From a virus (lineage: Duplodnaviria; Caudoviricetes): 36,562 bases of DNA. The notes beneath the pieces are model-generated. The model saw only the letters and a list, made by a program, of their open reading frames with translations, did no database searches and had not been told where the DNA came from. The position numbers and the translations under genes are program-made. Of the stretch, positions 1-9,257 are shown piece after piece. Each line of letters starts with the position of its first letter. Position 1 is the stretch's first letter. The stretch covers positions 1 through 36,562 of IMG/VR virus record IMGVR_UViG_3300033402_000750; one strand, 5' to 3'.

Positions 1-543
1 ATGAAAATATTTCTGATATCAGATAACCATTTTGATGCGCTGGATTACATGCATCATGTTTTTCCGCGCCCGGAATTCAAAGATAACGACGATATGAATA
101 AACAAATGATTCAACGCTGGAACTCTGTTGTTTCAGATGATGATCTTGTTATCAGTATTGGTGACTTCTGTTATACTGATCCCAGACCATGGTTGGACAA
201 ACTAAATGGTAATAAAATAATGATCCGCGGAAGTCACGATGATTGGTGTGAAGGATATGCCGGGGATTATCATATGATCCTCGAATACTACGGAATAAGG
301 TTTCTTATTATTCACGATCCGGAAGATTGGAAACATTATCCAAAAAATTGTCGTAACTGGACAGATTGGGTAATTCATGGACACCATCACTGGAGGAAGG
401 AATTCCCGCATATCAATGGTAGGATGAAGAGGATCAACGTTGCCTGTGAGCTGGTGGATTACACTCCTGTTGCAATAGACGATATTGTTACTATGAAGAA
501 TCTTGAATCTGTTGAAATGATGACAAGAAACCCTGTAACATGA
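1..543 (+). CDS. Calcineurin-like metallophosphoesterase (phage-type)
   Basis: Motifs SDNHF, IGDF, RGSHD (GNHD variant), IIHDP, HGHHH, INVACE. Confidence 0.85.
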   Translation: MKIFLISDNHFDALDYMHHVFPRPEFKDNDDMNKQMIQRWNSVVSDDDLVISIGDFCYTDPRPWLDKLNGNKIMIRGSHDDWCEGYAGDYHMILEYYGIRFLIIHDPEDWKHYPKNCRNWTDWVIHGHHHWRKEFPHINGRMKRINVACELVDYTPVAIDDIVTMKNLESVEMMTRNPVT

Positions 544-591
544 ATCAATACGGATGCTATAATGAAGATTTGATATGGTCTAGGTTATGAG

Positions 592-2028
592 ATGTCTCGT
601 TCTCCATATCGTACACAGAAAGTAATGGATAAAATATCGAAAATACTCCAAACCTACCATGATGAACAATCAATTTTTTATAAAGTAAACTGGGAAATTG
701 TAACCACCAGCCATGATATTTGTAATAGACGTGGAAGAATAGGACACCGAATACGTCAACACATCAGACGACACTTATGGAGGGTTGCTAAACATAGATA
801 CCCGGTCCTCAAAAAATATGTTATAATTGGAGAGATCCATGGGGATAGCCGGTTTAGAATCATCCAGCCAATCAAAGGCATCAGAATCCGCCTAACATTA
901 ACACTAAAACAGTTTACCGTTGTTTCCATTCTGCTCATGCTGCTGGGATTATTGCCCCACTATTTCACTTTGTACAACTATCTATCGACATTCCAGTTTG
1001 CTTTTGAAATCGGTGTTGTGTGTTTCTTCCTTGCGTATTTCCTCTATGCGGTAAAATGTTGGGGAGCGAAAAGCAAGATTTGTGCTGTTCTTATGATTGC
1101 AATACCCTTGCTCGCATACTCCTTGGCAACATCAAACATCCAAAATTCAATCACAAATATTTTCCTCTCTCTCTTTATCCAGTTCTGTATCTATGCAATC
1201 ATCTCGGCAATTTTATTACACATATGTAATATCGTTAGAAAGGGAATCGAGAGATACGCATTCAAAAGATCTAGAGAGTCCCATAGATATTTCAGCCCAA
1301 AATTATCTTACTCGGTCATTGGATTGATCGTTGTTTCACTTCTGGTAGTGAATCTCGGAGGAGTTACGATGTTCTCCAATAATGCAGCAACGATCAGCAA
1401 ATCGCTCCAGATTATAAATTTCCCCAGTTATACAATGCCAAGCACAGGTACAAACCCCTCTTCAGCGGATTCACAAAATTCCATTGTTATTCCGACAATT
1501 CAACCGGAAGTTGTGAGCACTATTGAGACTGCGGTAGGCAATTCTCAGCCGGTAATTGATATTCCAACTTTAGAAAGTCAAATCCATAGCCTGATTAACC
1601 AGCAACGGACCGAAAATGGCCTTTCAGATCTGAGTTATGACACAGCTCTTGCAGATATCGCAAGAAAACACAGTGCAGATATGGCACAGACCAATTATTT
1701 CTCTCATTACACTCCTCAGGGTCTTAGTCCAACGGACCGGGGAAATCAGGCAGGATATTCCTGTTACAAAAACTATGGATCTTACTACACATCCGGAATA
1801 GCAGAGAATATCATGCAGAATAATCTCTACACTTCGGTTACCTATTATGATGGAGTACCCAGCTATGCCTGGAATTCTCAGGATGCTCTTGCTCAATCAA
1901 CGGTTATTGGTTGGATGAATAGTCCCGGCCATCGGCAGAATATTCTGACATCCACCTATGAGCGAGAAGGTATTGGTGTGGCAATAGCTTCAGACGACAA
2001 AGTGTACATCACTGAGGATTTTTGTTAA
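592..2028 (+). CDS. Membrane protein with C-terminal CAP (SCP/Tpx-1/Ag5) domain
   Basis: About 5 hydrophobic segments, S/T/P-rich linker, then LINQQR..NGL, ARKHSADMA..NYFSH, AENI, WMNSPGHRQNIL, GIGVA, YITEDF. Confidence 0.88.
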   Translation: MSRSPYRTQKVMDKISKILQTYHDEQSIFYKVNWEIVTTSHDICNRRGRIGHRIRQHIRRHLWRVAKHRYPVLKKYVIIGEIHGDSRFRIIQPIKGIRIRLTLTLKQFTVVSILLMLLGLLPHYFTLYNYLSTFQFAFEIGVVCFFLAYFLYAVKCWGAKSKICAVLMIAIPLLAYSLATSNIQNSITNIFLSLFIQFCIYAIISAILLHICNIVRKGIERYAFKRSRESHRYFSPKLSYSVIGLIVVSLLVVNLGGVTMFSNNAATISKSLQIINFPSYTMPSTGTNPSSADSQNSIVIPTIQPEVVSTIETAVGNSQPVIDIPTLESQIHSLINQQRTENGLSDLSYDTALADIARKHSADMAQTNYFSHYTPQGLSPTDRGNQAGYSCYKNYGSYYTSGIAENIMQNNLYTSVTYYDGVPSYAWNSQDALAQSTVIGWMNSPGHRQNILTSTYEREGIGVAIASDDKVYITEDFC

Positions 2029-2188
2029 AAGTTTCAAAGGTTTTGGAAGGAGATTGCGTTCGGTTCCACAAGATACGATGAGATAACAAATTCGTAGATG
2101 GTGTATTTTCCTTTCATCGTTTCTTCCGATTTATATCTCGGTAGAATGAAATAAAAGTTCATTGTCTCAGTGCCGCTCCTATAGGTCA

Positions 2189-2209
2189 GACTTTCCTTTA
2201 TATCGGTTT
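2189..2209 (+). promoter_or_regulatory. Conserved putative late promoter, copy 1 (GACTTTCCTTTATATCGGTTT)
   Basis: TATA-like TTTATAT; GAC is 38 nt before ATG 2227; near-identical to copy at 20314. Confidence 0.75.
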
Positions 2210-2226
2210 CTGCGTCGCATTATGTA

Positions 2227-3369
2227 ATGGCAGACGAAAGCGCCATTTTTGACAGCCCAATTACCCGTTTCAGAGCAATCGAAGCGGGAAAACCGGATGC
2301 GACCGGCCTCGTAATTGACGTACATGTCATAGCGCCAGGTCACGGCTCGTCCGGATACTATTCAGAGCAGGTCCTCAAGCAAGCCTGCGTAGCTGGCGTG
2401 TATCCGAAAGGGATGCACATGCATTGGGACCATCCCACAGCAACCGCTGAGTCCGAGCAACCTGCCCGGAGTCTCAAGGATCTTGTCGGGATCCTCATGG
2501 ATACTGGCAGGTATGACGCGAACGGCTGGGACGGTCCCGGCGTCTACGCCAGAGCGAAGATCTTCCCGGAATGGGTGGATTCGATCAAGGCGATGGATGG
2601 CCACATCGGGATCTCACACTACGTCACCGGTGTTTCTGAAGATGGCGCAGATCCAAGCGGCAAGAAGTGCCGGGTCATCAGGGAGCTGCTGCCCGACCAG
2701 CTCAACACTGTCGATTTTGTTACCGTCCCAGGTGCCGGGGGACATTATCGCACGCTGTTCTCGGAGATGAAGGTCGGCCTGACCGGGAATAGTAAGGAGA
2801 ACCACATGGGAGACAACCAGGAGTCACTGACCCTTTCGGAGATCCGCACGAAGCACCCGGAAGTGGTATCTGAGCTGAAACGACAGCTCAGCGAAGAGCT
2901 GAAGACCGACATGATCGCCCGCGACCACTCCGCAAAACTGGAAGAGGCTGCCGGGAAGATCAAGACCCTCGAGACGGAACTCGGTACTCTACGCGGCAAG
3001 GTCGCAGAGACCGGCGCCCGTGAGATCATCACCAAGGCACTGACCGAAGCGAAGATTCCAGAGGCCTCTGGCAAAGTCCTCGCAGAATCGTTGATGAAAC
3101 AGGTCCCGCTCCGTGAAGGTACGAGCGAGATCGATACCGCAGAACTCGGCAGACGGGTAGCAGAGGCCGTCAAGGCCAAGACCGAAGAACTTGCGGCGGT
3201 GCTCAAAGAAGCCGGCCAGTCCGGTGTCCACGACAACGGTCACACGGCGGGTGATGGCAGCCCGGCGGAGACAAAGAAAGCCCGCGAGAGCTACCGCGAC
3301 ACCCTCCTGAGTACCGGTGCATGCCAGACCAGAGAACAGGCCAACAGGATGGCCGGGATTGAGGGATAA
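2227..3369 (+). CDS. Prohead protease/scaffold fusion
   Basis: N-terminal beta-rich domain (HWDHPT, VDFVTVPGAGG) followed by a long E/K/A-rich coiled coil; upstream of decoration and capsid genes. Confidence 0.72.
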   Translation: MADESAIFDSPITRFRAIEAGKPDATGLVIDVHVIAPGHGSSGYYSEQVLKQACVAGVYPKGMHMHWDHPTATAESEQPARSLKDLVGILMDTGRYDANGWDGPGVYARAKIFPEWVDSIKAMDGHIGISHYVTGVSEDGADPSGKKCRVIRELLPDQLNTVDFVTVPGAGGHYRTLFSEMKVGLTGNSKENHMGDNQESLTLSEIRTKHPEVVSELKRQLSEELKTDMIARDHSAKLEEAAGKIKTLETELGTLRGKVAETGAREIITKALTEAKIPEASGKVLAESLMKQVPLREGTSEIDTAELGRRVAEAVKAKTEELAAVLKEAGQSGVHDNGHTAGDGSPAETKKARESYRDTLLSTGACQTREQANRMAGIEG

Positions 3370-3371
3370 CC

Positions 3372-4094
3372 ATGTTGAACCAGGAATTTGAAGGAAGCAC
3401 CCGTGCACTGCCGGTCACGTATCCGGCCTCACCGCTACCGGGACAGATGTGCCGTATCGGCGCCGGGATATGCGGAGTCGCAGCAACGAAACCGGATGTG
3501 AATGGCCTGACCGTTGTCGAGTTCTCCGAGGACAAATCATTCGACCTCAGCGTTACCGCGGACAGCGGACCGATCAATGTCGGCGACGGGCTCTGGTTCC
3601 ACGATGCGATCGGGATCAACAACACGCCGTCCGGCGGTCTGTTCTGCGGGACGGCGATCGATCCTATTGCGTCCGGTACCGCGACCATCCGCGTCAAGTT
3701 ACGCGGCACAGGGTCGACATACGTGAGCACTATCCTCCAGCAGCAGGCATTCGCGATCTCAGCCGCGACAACGTTCTTTGTCGGGAAGGCACCCGGGAAG
3801 GGAACCGCTGCTGCAGTGTCAATCGTCACTGACACGGTCATTCCGCAGAGCGCTACTGCCTACTGGACGATCTCGCTGATCGACAAAGGAGCGGCCGGCA
3901 CCGGAACCACCGTGATCGCGACCGTGACCACGCAGACAACCAGTGGCGTAGCGTTGGCTGCGTTTGTCGAACAGGCACTCGCCATCGGAAGTACCCCGGC
4001 CATCGCAGCCAACGACATCCTCGTCCTCACGCTGACCCCGACCGGCACACCGCCAGCGATCGGGAAGCTGATGGCAATCCTCAAGGTGCAGTGA
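3372..4094 (+). CDS. Capsid decoration/cement protein (DUF2190-like) with extra C-terminal beta domain
   Basis: GICGVA...INVGDGLWF...GTAIDPIASGTATIRVKL pattern; lies between scaffold and MCP. Confidence 0.65.
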   Translation: MLNQEFEGSTRALPVTYPASPLPGQMCRIGAGICGVAATKPDVNGLTVVEFSEDKSFDLSVTADSGPINVGDGLWFHDAIGINNTPSGGLFCGTAIDPIASGTATIRVKLRGTGSTYVSTILQQQAFAISAATTFFVGKAPGKGTAAAVSIVTDTVIPQSATAYWTISLIDKGAAGTGTTVIATVTTQTTSGVALAAFVEQALAIGSTPAIAANDILVLTLTPTGTPPAIGKLMAILKVQ

Positions 4095-4096
4095 TC

Positions 4097-5206
4097 ATGT
4101 CTGACTCTAAATTCAAGGAAGTCTTCGGGTCCATGGGTCCGAAGGCGATAACGAAAGAGTACCTGAACTCTGCCGAAGGCCTCATCAAACGGCGCCGGGT
4201 GTATGAACTCCTGCAGACCGTGGAAGGCAGCAAGTCGTTCAGGAAGCTCTGCGAAGCAATCACCACGTCGGACTTCTCGTATCTTTTGACCGCGGACATG
4301 AACGCCAGGCTGCTCGATGCCTGGGGCCGGCAGCCGGTCTCCTATCCGAACTGGACCCGGTCGTTCAAGACCAACGACTTCAAGCTCAATCCGCTGCCGC
4401 TCCTGGACTTCCCGAAACGGACCCTCCAGCAGATCGATGAGACCTCAGGTCTCCCGCGGACATCGGTCGGGGAAGGGAACTTCTCGATCCAGACCGTGAC
4501 CTATGCGGACTCGATCGCACTGAGCAGGCAGACCATCATCAACGACGCGCTCGGCGCGTTCAACCGGCTCCCGGCCGGGTTCGGCGAAGCTGCCCGGATG
4601 ACCGCTGAACAGCTCGCGACTTCGATGATCTGTGATGCCAACGGCCCTCACGCCGCTCTGTTCAACACTGCGAACAACAACCTTCTGACGGTTGACCTCA
4701 CGTATGACGGCGTCAGGCAGGCTTGGACAGCGCTGCAGGAGCAGACCGATGTCTATGGGTTGCCGATCAACCTGGCGCCAAAAGGTATTCTCGTGCCGAA
4801 ACAGCTCGAGCTCAAGGCCCGGGAGATTGTCAAAGCCGTCAATATCGAACGATATGACCTTGCCACTGAGGTAGGATACAAGACCATCGGCCAGAACCAA
4901 TTCGCGGGTCTCGAAGTCTCTGTCGACCCATGGATCACCGCGATCTCGGTCAACAACCCTCAGGCCGCCAAACAGTGGTATATGTACTCAGACCCGAACG
5001 TCGGCCGGCCTGCAATCGGGTTCTCCACGCTGTACAGCAACCCCGACCCCATGATCTTCATGAGAGTCCCCGATGCACAGACCATCGGTGGGGGTCTCGA
5101 CCCATATTCCTTCGAGTATGATTCATTCGAGTACAAGGTCCGCTGGGATATCGGCGCATCGCAGATCGACTTCCGTCCGATGGTTGCCAGCAAGCCAACC
5201 TCGTAA
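4097..5206 (+). CDS. Major capsid protein (HK97 fold, Mu gpT-like)
   Basis: TTSDFSYLL, TYADSIALSRQTIINDALG, PINLAPKGILVP, YKVRWDIGA motifs; start 4091, 4094 or 4097. Confidence 0.88.
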   Translation: MSDSKFKEVFGSMGPKAITKEYLNSAEGLIKRRRVYELLQTVEGSKSFRKLCEAITTSDFSYLLTADMNARLLDAWGRQPVSYPNWTRSFKTNDFKLNPLPLLDFPKRTLQQIDETSGLPRTSVGEGNFSIQTVTYADSIALSRQTIINDALGAFNRLPAGFGEAARMTAEQLATSMICDANGPHAALFNTANNNLLTVDLTYDGVRQAWTALQEQTDVYGLPINLAPKGILVPKQLELKAREIVKAVNIERYDLATEVGYKTIGQNQFAGLEVSVDPWITAISVNNPQAAKQWYMYSDPNVGRPAIGFSTLYSNPDPMIFMRVPDAQTIGGGLDPYSFEYDSFEYKVRWDIGASQIDFRPMVASKPTS

Positions 5207-5209
5207 CCA

Positions 5210-5216
5210 TTTTTTT
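5210..5216 (+). terminator. Oligo-T tract after MCP (possible archaeal terminator/attenuator)
   Basis: T7 run 4 nt after the MCP stop. Confidence 0.4.
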
Positions 5217-5227
5217 GAGGTAGTAAC

Positions 5228-5368
5228 ATGTCCGGTAACTACATTGTAACAGCATTCGCAAACTTCCCCGATTTTGTCGCGTACTGCCAGAACCAGCTTC
5301 CAGCCGGGAAACTGGTGACGTCCTACTACAGCCGGGAAGTCGGGTTCGTTGTCATCCAGAGCGTGTAA
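5228..5368 (+). CDS. Small 46-aa protein (not in ORF track)
   Basis: RBS GAGGT, ATG 5228, MSGNYIVTAFANFPDFVAYCQNQLPAGKLVTSYYSREVGFVVIQSV*; fills the gap up to GTG 5371. Confidence 0.65.
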   Translation: MSGNYIVTAFANFPDFVAYCQNQLPAGKLVTSYYSREVGFVVIQSV

Positions 5369-5370
5369 CC

Positions 5371-5736
5371 GTGACGTGGTCCTATGATCCGGCAACGATC
5401 ATCGGCCAAGTCCGGCTCAATTGCCAGGACACATCTCAGGTAAACGCGATCTTCTCTGACGAGGAGATTACCGCGTTCCTTGCGATGAACGACCAGAACG
5501 TCTTCCGTGCTGCAGCCGATGCCCTGGACATCATCGCGTCCAACCAGTCATATATCCTGAAAGTGTTCAGCGAGAACGGCACCAGCATCAACGGCCCGGC
5601 TGTTGCAGCGGATCTCCGGACACATGCCCGGACGCTTCGCGAGAAGGCGCAGAGCCATGTTGGCACCGTCAACACCGGTCTAGCAATAGTCGTTAACCCG
5701 GATACTCCGTACCTGCGCCGGAGAACTGGGCTATGA
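5371..5736 (+). CDS. Head-tail adaptor (SPP1 gp15-like)
   Basis: QVRLNCQDT...IFSDEEITAFL...VFRAAADALDII pattern; position after MCP. Confidence 0.75.
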   Translation: MTWSYDPATIIGQVRLNCQDTSQVNAIFSDEEITAFLAMNDQNVFRAAADALDIIASNQSYILKVFSENGTSINGPAVAADLRTHARTLREKAQSHVGTVNTGLAIVVNPDTPYLRRRTGL

Positions 5737-6110
5737 ATCCGACCTCTGATCCATTTTCCGTGTTCGACTACCCCGGGCAGATCGTGCACGTCCCTTTCTC
5801 TGACGGGGTAACAAACCAATTGACCGGAATGTGGACTGCACCTGAGGCACCGGTCACGGCCACCCTGACCGGTGATTTGCAGGATCTTACATATCAGGAT
5901 CTACAGAAGATGCCGGAAGGGGAGTACGCGATCGGCGATCGGAGGATTTTCACCGCTGCTGCACTCTGTACCGGTGATGTGCTTCAGGTCACTGAGGCGG
6001 ATGGCTCTGTGTCAGAGTGGACGGTGAAGGCTCTTGAGAAGACGACGCATATCATGCCGAAATTCGGGTTGCCGTCCCGGAATGTGTATCTACTGAAACG
6101 ACGGGGATGA
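5733..6110 (+). CDS. Head closure/stopper protein (gp16-like)
   Basis: DLQKMPEGEY..GDRRIFT...GDVL; ATGA overlap with adaptor. Confidence 0.65.
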   Translation: MNPTSDPFSVFDYPGQIVHVPFSDGVTNQLTGMWTAPEAPVTATLTGDLQDLTYQDLQKMPEGEYAIGDRRIFTAAALCTGDVLQVTEADGSVSEWTVKALEKTTHIMPKFGLPSRNVYLLKRRG

Positions 6111-6177
6111 TTCAATTTCACCATTCGACCAACAGGTTTTTACCTTCCCTTTCTGAAATATAGTTAACTCCCAATCA

Positions 6178-7104
6178 ATGGGGAGGATCGTTTTGACCGT
6201 CAATAACCGTCTACTCTATGTGGTGGAAGTCCTCCTAAAAGAGGCAAATCCTGACGGAGTCTATTTTGGAAAAACAACATTTTATAAGTTAATGTTCCTC
6301 CTTACGGAGCGATTATTAGCTCGCGGTATTGACATCAATCTTCCCTATAGTTGGTATCGATATGGTACGATGATCGAACGGCAGGAATTTTTCGAAGCAA
6401 CAGGGATACCTTTGATCCATTATGCTCCTCATGAGGGAAGCACAATTCAGATTGAAACAATTTCTGACAGAGATTTACCCCTTCACGAAAGGCAGGTTAT
6501 CGTTGAAGAAACAAGGAAATTACTTTCAGAGTTTCCCGAAAATGATTACCTGGAAAATCGTAACCGCGACCGGTATATTGATATTATCTATGAACGGGCA
6601 CCCCTCCTCTTTCAAAAATTATACAGCCGTAACTTCCTCAAAGATATAAAAAATTTCAGGAATGTACCAAGAGTCATGACGTATGTCAAGCGGATAACCT
6701 TTGAGAAATATCTTGATGATCTTCTATCCGTTTATCCGGTTAAAGAGATGGAAGATTTGTATGATACATACCTGGAATGGGACGATACATTCAGGCTTGC
6801 ACTTGATAATAATCCCTTCGTACTAGATCCACTTGCTACAGACTTCTGGAATATCTTCTGCCGGTTATTGAGAGCCAAGTATAATGGAAATATCTCAGAG
6901 GGTTTAATTCTGGACTGGACTACCCGTTTCCATGAAGAAGATTTACCTGACTATCAGCAGCGACTCGCGGCTGCAAGGAAAGAGCTTCTTGAGATGCATA
7001 CAAAAACGACTCCCCCGGATAGTGATGTGGAAAGAATCACCGGTAAAATGATGAAATTATCTTATAATCTCGCTCTTGAAGAGAGAATTCCTTCGGGGCG
7101 ATAA
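6178..7104 (+). CDS. Panacea/SocA (DUF4065)-like putative antitoxin with helical C-terminal extension
   Basis: GKTTFYKLMFL...LPYSWYRYG motif in wHTH-like N-terminus; AT-rich insert. Confidence 0.6.
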   Translation: MGRIVLTVNNRLLYVVEVLLKEANPDGVYFGKTTFYKLMFLLTERLLARGIDINLPYSWYRYGTMIERQEFFEATGIPLIHYAPHEGSTIQIETISDRDLPLHERQVIVEETRKLLSEFPENDYLENRNRDRYIDIIYERAPLLFQKLYSRNFLKDIKNFRNVPRVMTYVKRITFEKYLDDLLSVYPVKEMEDLYDTYLEWDDTFRLALDNNPFVLDPLATDFWNIFCRLLRAKYNGNISEGLILDWTTRFHEEDLPDYQQRLAAARKELLEMHTKTTPPDSDVERITGKMMKLSYNLALEERIPSGR

Positions 7105-7106
7105 AT

Positions 7107-7745
7107 CTGCCTTATTTTTTAGATAGCAGTGTGATCATCGGATACATTTTTCGCAGCGGGGATCACTGGGGATCTGCGGCAGAAAAAATTGTGCATGGTT
7201 CGGAGGAAATCCATTCCAGTACTTTTGTCATAAGGGAATGTTTTGGAACGGAAAATGGGGGTAAATATGGCACGATTAAAAGTAAAATCCTCAAAGAATT
7301 CCGGAGAGCAATAGCATTTCTCCGATTAAATCCATCTTCCAGTAACCTTCTGACAGAGGCACGTGCAAGAAGCTGGAGAATTTATGGAATACTCGATGAT
7401 CTCGTGCAAGAATATCCGACTGACTCAAATCTCGTCCTCCAAAAACTGAGAAATTCCCAGATTCAATATGAAATCGATTGTAATAACCGAAGTGAAATAA
7501 TCCAAAATGGCTCTTTAATACAATTGCACACACGAGATCAGCCATATACCAATATCTGGACATTACTTCGGCCGCATGTTAATGATGATGACGATCTTGA
7601 GGTCATACTGGACGCACACCATGTCGGTCATCAGATCCGTAATCTGGCTTTAGTCACCGGTGACTGGCATAATATCGCATCTCAGAAAACAATTATAATC
7701 TCGAATTCAAAAATTGCTGACATTTTGTTCCTTGGGCATTGCTGA
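7107..7745 (+). CDS. PIN-domain protein (putative RNase toxin); probable CTG start at 7107
   Basis: In-frame extension upstream of GTG 7131 gives (M)PYFLDSSVIIG (PIN first Asp); also FVIRE, DDDDLEVILDA, LVTGD. Confidence 0.72.
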   Translation: MPYFLDSSVIIGYIFRSGDHWGSAAEKIVHGSEEIHSSTFVIRECFGTENGGKYGTIKSKILKEFRRAIAFLRLNPSSSNLLTEARARSWRIYGILDDLVQEYPTDSNLVLQKLRNSQIQYEIDCNNRSEIIQNGSLIQLHTRDQPYTNIWTLLRPHVNDDDDLEVILDAHHVGHQIRNLALVTGDWHNIASQKTIIISNSKIADILFLGHC

Positions 7746-7860
7746 CGTAAAAAAAGCATATGCCACAATCACGAATACCATGTGATTGATCCATATGCAA
7801 AAATGCCACATCAATACTAATAATCGACCCATTTTTATTTTCGGATAGCGTACAGAGGTT

Positions 7861-8121
7861 ATGCCTGCAAGCATCCCAGTTTGTCCAAGCCGGGGATTTT
7901 GTACTGCGGAATGTCCGATCCGTTCCACATGCACCAAGACCCGTATACCTCTTCTCATTCCAGCCATTGTCATCCACTACCGGACCGGCCGGATCTACCC
8001 GGACGAATACATCAACGAGCTCGCCCAGATCAAGCAGGAAAAGGTAGATCTCGCAGGCCACCGCGGTGTCCCCGATTCGCTGCGTGATTATCGCTCGAAT
8101 GTGAAAATAGGAGCCATATAG
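7861..8121 (+). CDS. Small Cys-rich protein (possible Zn-binding)
   Basis: CPSRGFCTAECPIRSTC; RBS GAGGT; GC-rich viral codon usage. Confidence 0.55.
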   Translation: MPASIPVCPSRGFCTAECPIRSTCTKTRIPLLIPAIVIHYRTGRIYPDEYINELAQIKQEKVDLAGHRGVPDSLRDYRSNVKIGAI

Positions 8122-8131
8122 GAGGGACACC

Positions 8132-8485
8132 GTGGTGGCCTCGCAGGAAAAGGCGTATTTTCGCTATAACCGACACGGGAAACCCTACCTGGTCCGCAGG
8201 GCCACGGTCGGAGGTAAACGGCAGGAACAGTGGCTCCCGCTCGACAAGATCGACCGCGAGACTCTTGAAACAGCCCTGCAGGTGAAGGGGGAGGTGGGGA
8301 ATGAGATTGTTGATGTCCCCTGTATGAACCCGCGCTGCAAGAACACGGTTAGTATGACGAAGACGCAGTTGGAGGAGTTCTTCATCTCCTCGAAGAAACG
8401 CTACGACATGGTGATCTTCCCGTTCTGTACTACTGAGTGCCGGGACAAGATGCTAATCCAGCATGGAGGCCTGATCGATGGGTGA
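8132..8485 (+). CDS. Basic beta-hairpin + Zn-finger protein, possible regulator
   Basis: YFRYNRHGKPYLVRR...GGKRQEQW N-terminus; CMNPRC and CTTEC pairs; RBS GGAGG. Confidence 0.55.
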   Translation: MVASQEKAYFRYNRHGKPYLVRRATVGGKRQEQWLPLDKIDRETLETALQVKGEVGNEIVDVPCMNPRCKNTVSMTKTQLEEFFISSKKRYDMVIFPFCTTECRDKMLIQHGGLIDG

Positions 8486-8906
8486 TGTCGAAATCAGGGA
8501 CATCACCTATCTTCCTGAGGGAAAACTTGATGAAGAAATCAACGCTGCTGCTCAGGTTGTCGGGAATTATCTACAGCAGAAGATCCTTGAGAAGATAACA
8601 CAGCAGGATCCCAGTTGGCCGCCACTTGCCGCGTCAACAATCGCAGCAAAGGGATCCTCAAAAGCGTGGATCGATACCGGAGAGCTGGTAGGGCTTATCG
8701 CCGACCGTGGCCTGCGTATCCAGAATGGTCCACCGATTGAAATCGAGATCGGTATATTCGAGGACGAGAAAGGGTTCGTCGCTCAGTGCCTCGAGTATGG
8801 GACTATCCATATCCCGGAGCGGCCACTCTTCAGGCTGGTATTCGACACTGAGATAGACAACGCGGTCGCCCTGTTCACCAGTGAAATCAACAAGCGGTTG
8901 CCCTGA
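8478..8906 (+). CDS. Neck/tail completion protein (Mu gpG / HK97 gp10-like)
   Basis: WPPLAASTIAAKG..AWIDTGEL and EYGT.HIPERPLF motifs. Confidence 0.8.
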   Translation: MGDVEIRDITYLPEGKLDEEINAAAQVVGNYLQQKILEKITQQDPSWPPLAASTIAAKGSSKAWIDTGELVGLIADRGLRIQNGPPIEIEIGIFEDEKGFVAQCLEYGTIHIPERPLFRLVFDTEIDNAVALFTSEINKRLP

Positions 8907-8922
8907 CCTCTCTTTTTAACGC
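8905..8922 (+). promoter_or_regulatory. Degenerate copy of conserved promoter (GACCTCTCTTTTTAACGC)
   Basis: GAC is 38 nt before ATG 8943. Confidence 0.5.
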
Positions 8923-8942
8923 TCTGTAGCGTCGATTCCTGT

Positions 8943-9257
8943 ATGGGGAGCGACGACCAGAATCGTGAATCCGTCATCTGCGATGGACATCAGGAACTGC
9001 GTGACATCGTAATCGAGACCCGGACGGATGTCAAACATATTCTGGAAGCCCTCAAGAAGGGTTCAGAGACGATGGAAAAGCAGGAAACCCGGATCGATGC
9101 TCTTGAGTCGGCAGAGGACCAGCGGAAAGGGTATGAAGCGGCTATCACAAAAATCGCAACAACGCGAGCCACCGTTGTCTCGGTCATCATTGGAGTGGCC
9201 ACTCTGATTCTCACACTAGCTTATGTTGTCCTCGTGTGGAAAGGTGGCACCGGATGA
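8943..9257 (+). CDS. Coiled-coil protein with C-terminal TM helix (XhlA/holin-like)
   Basis: ETRTDVKHI...ETRIDALE coiled coil, then VVSVIIGVATLILTLAYVVLVW. Confidence 0.55.
   Translation: MGSDDQNRESVICDGHQELRDIVIETRTDVKHILEALKKGSETMEKQETRIDALESAEDQRKGYEAAITKIATTRATVVSVIIGVATLILTLAYVVLVWKGGTG

Noticed and set aside
6125-7840. TCGACC at both sides of the TA cassette as a target-site duplication
   Set aside because: Only 6 bp, not clearly at the compositional boundaries, and expected by chance.
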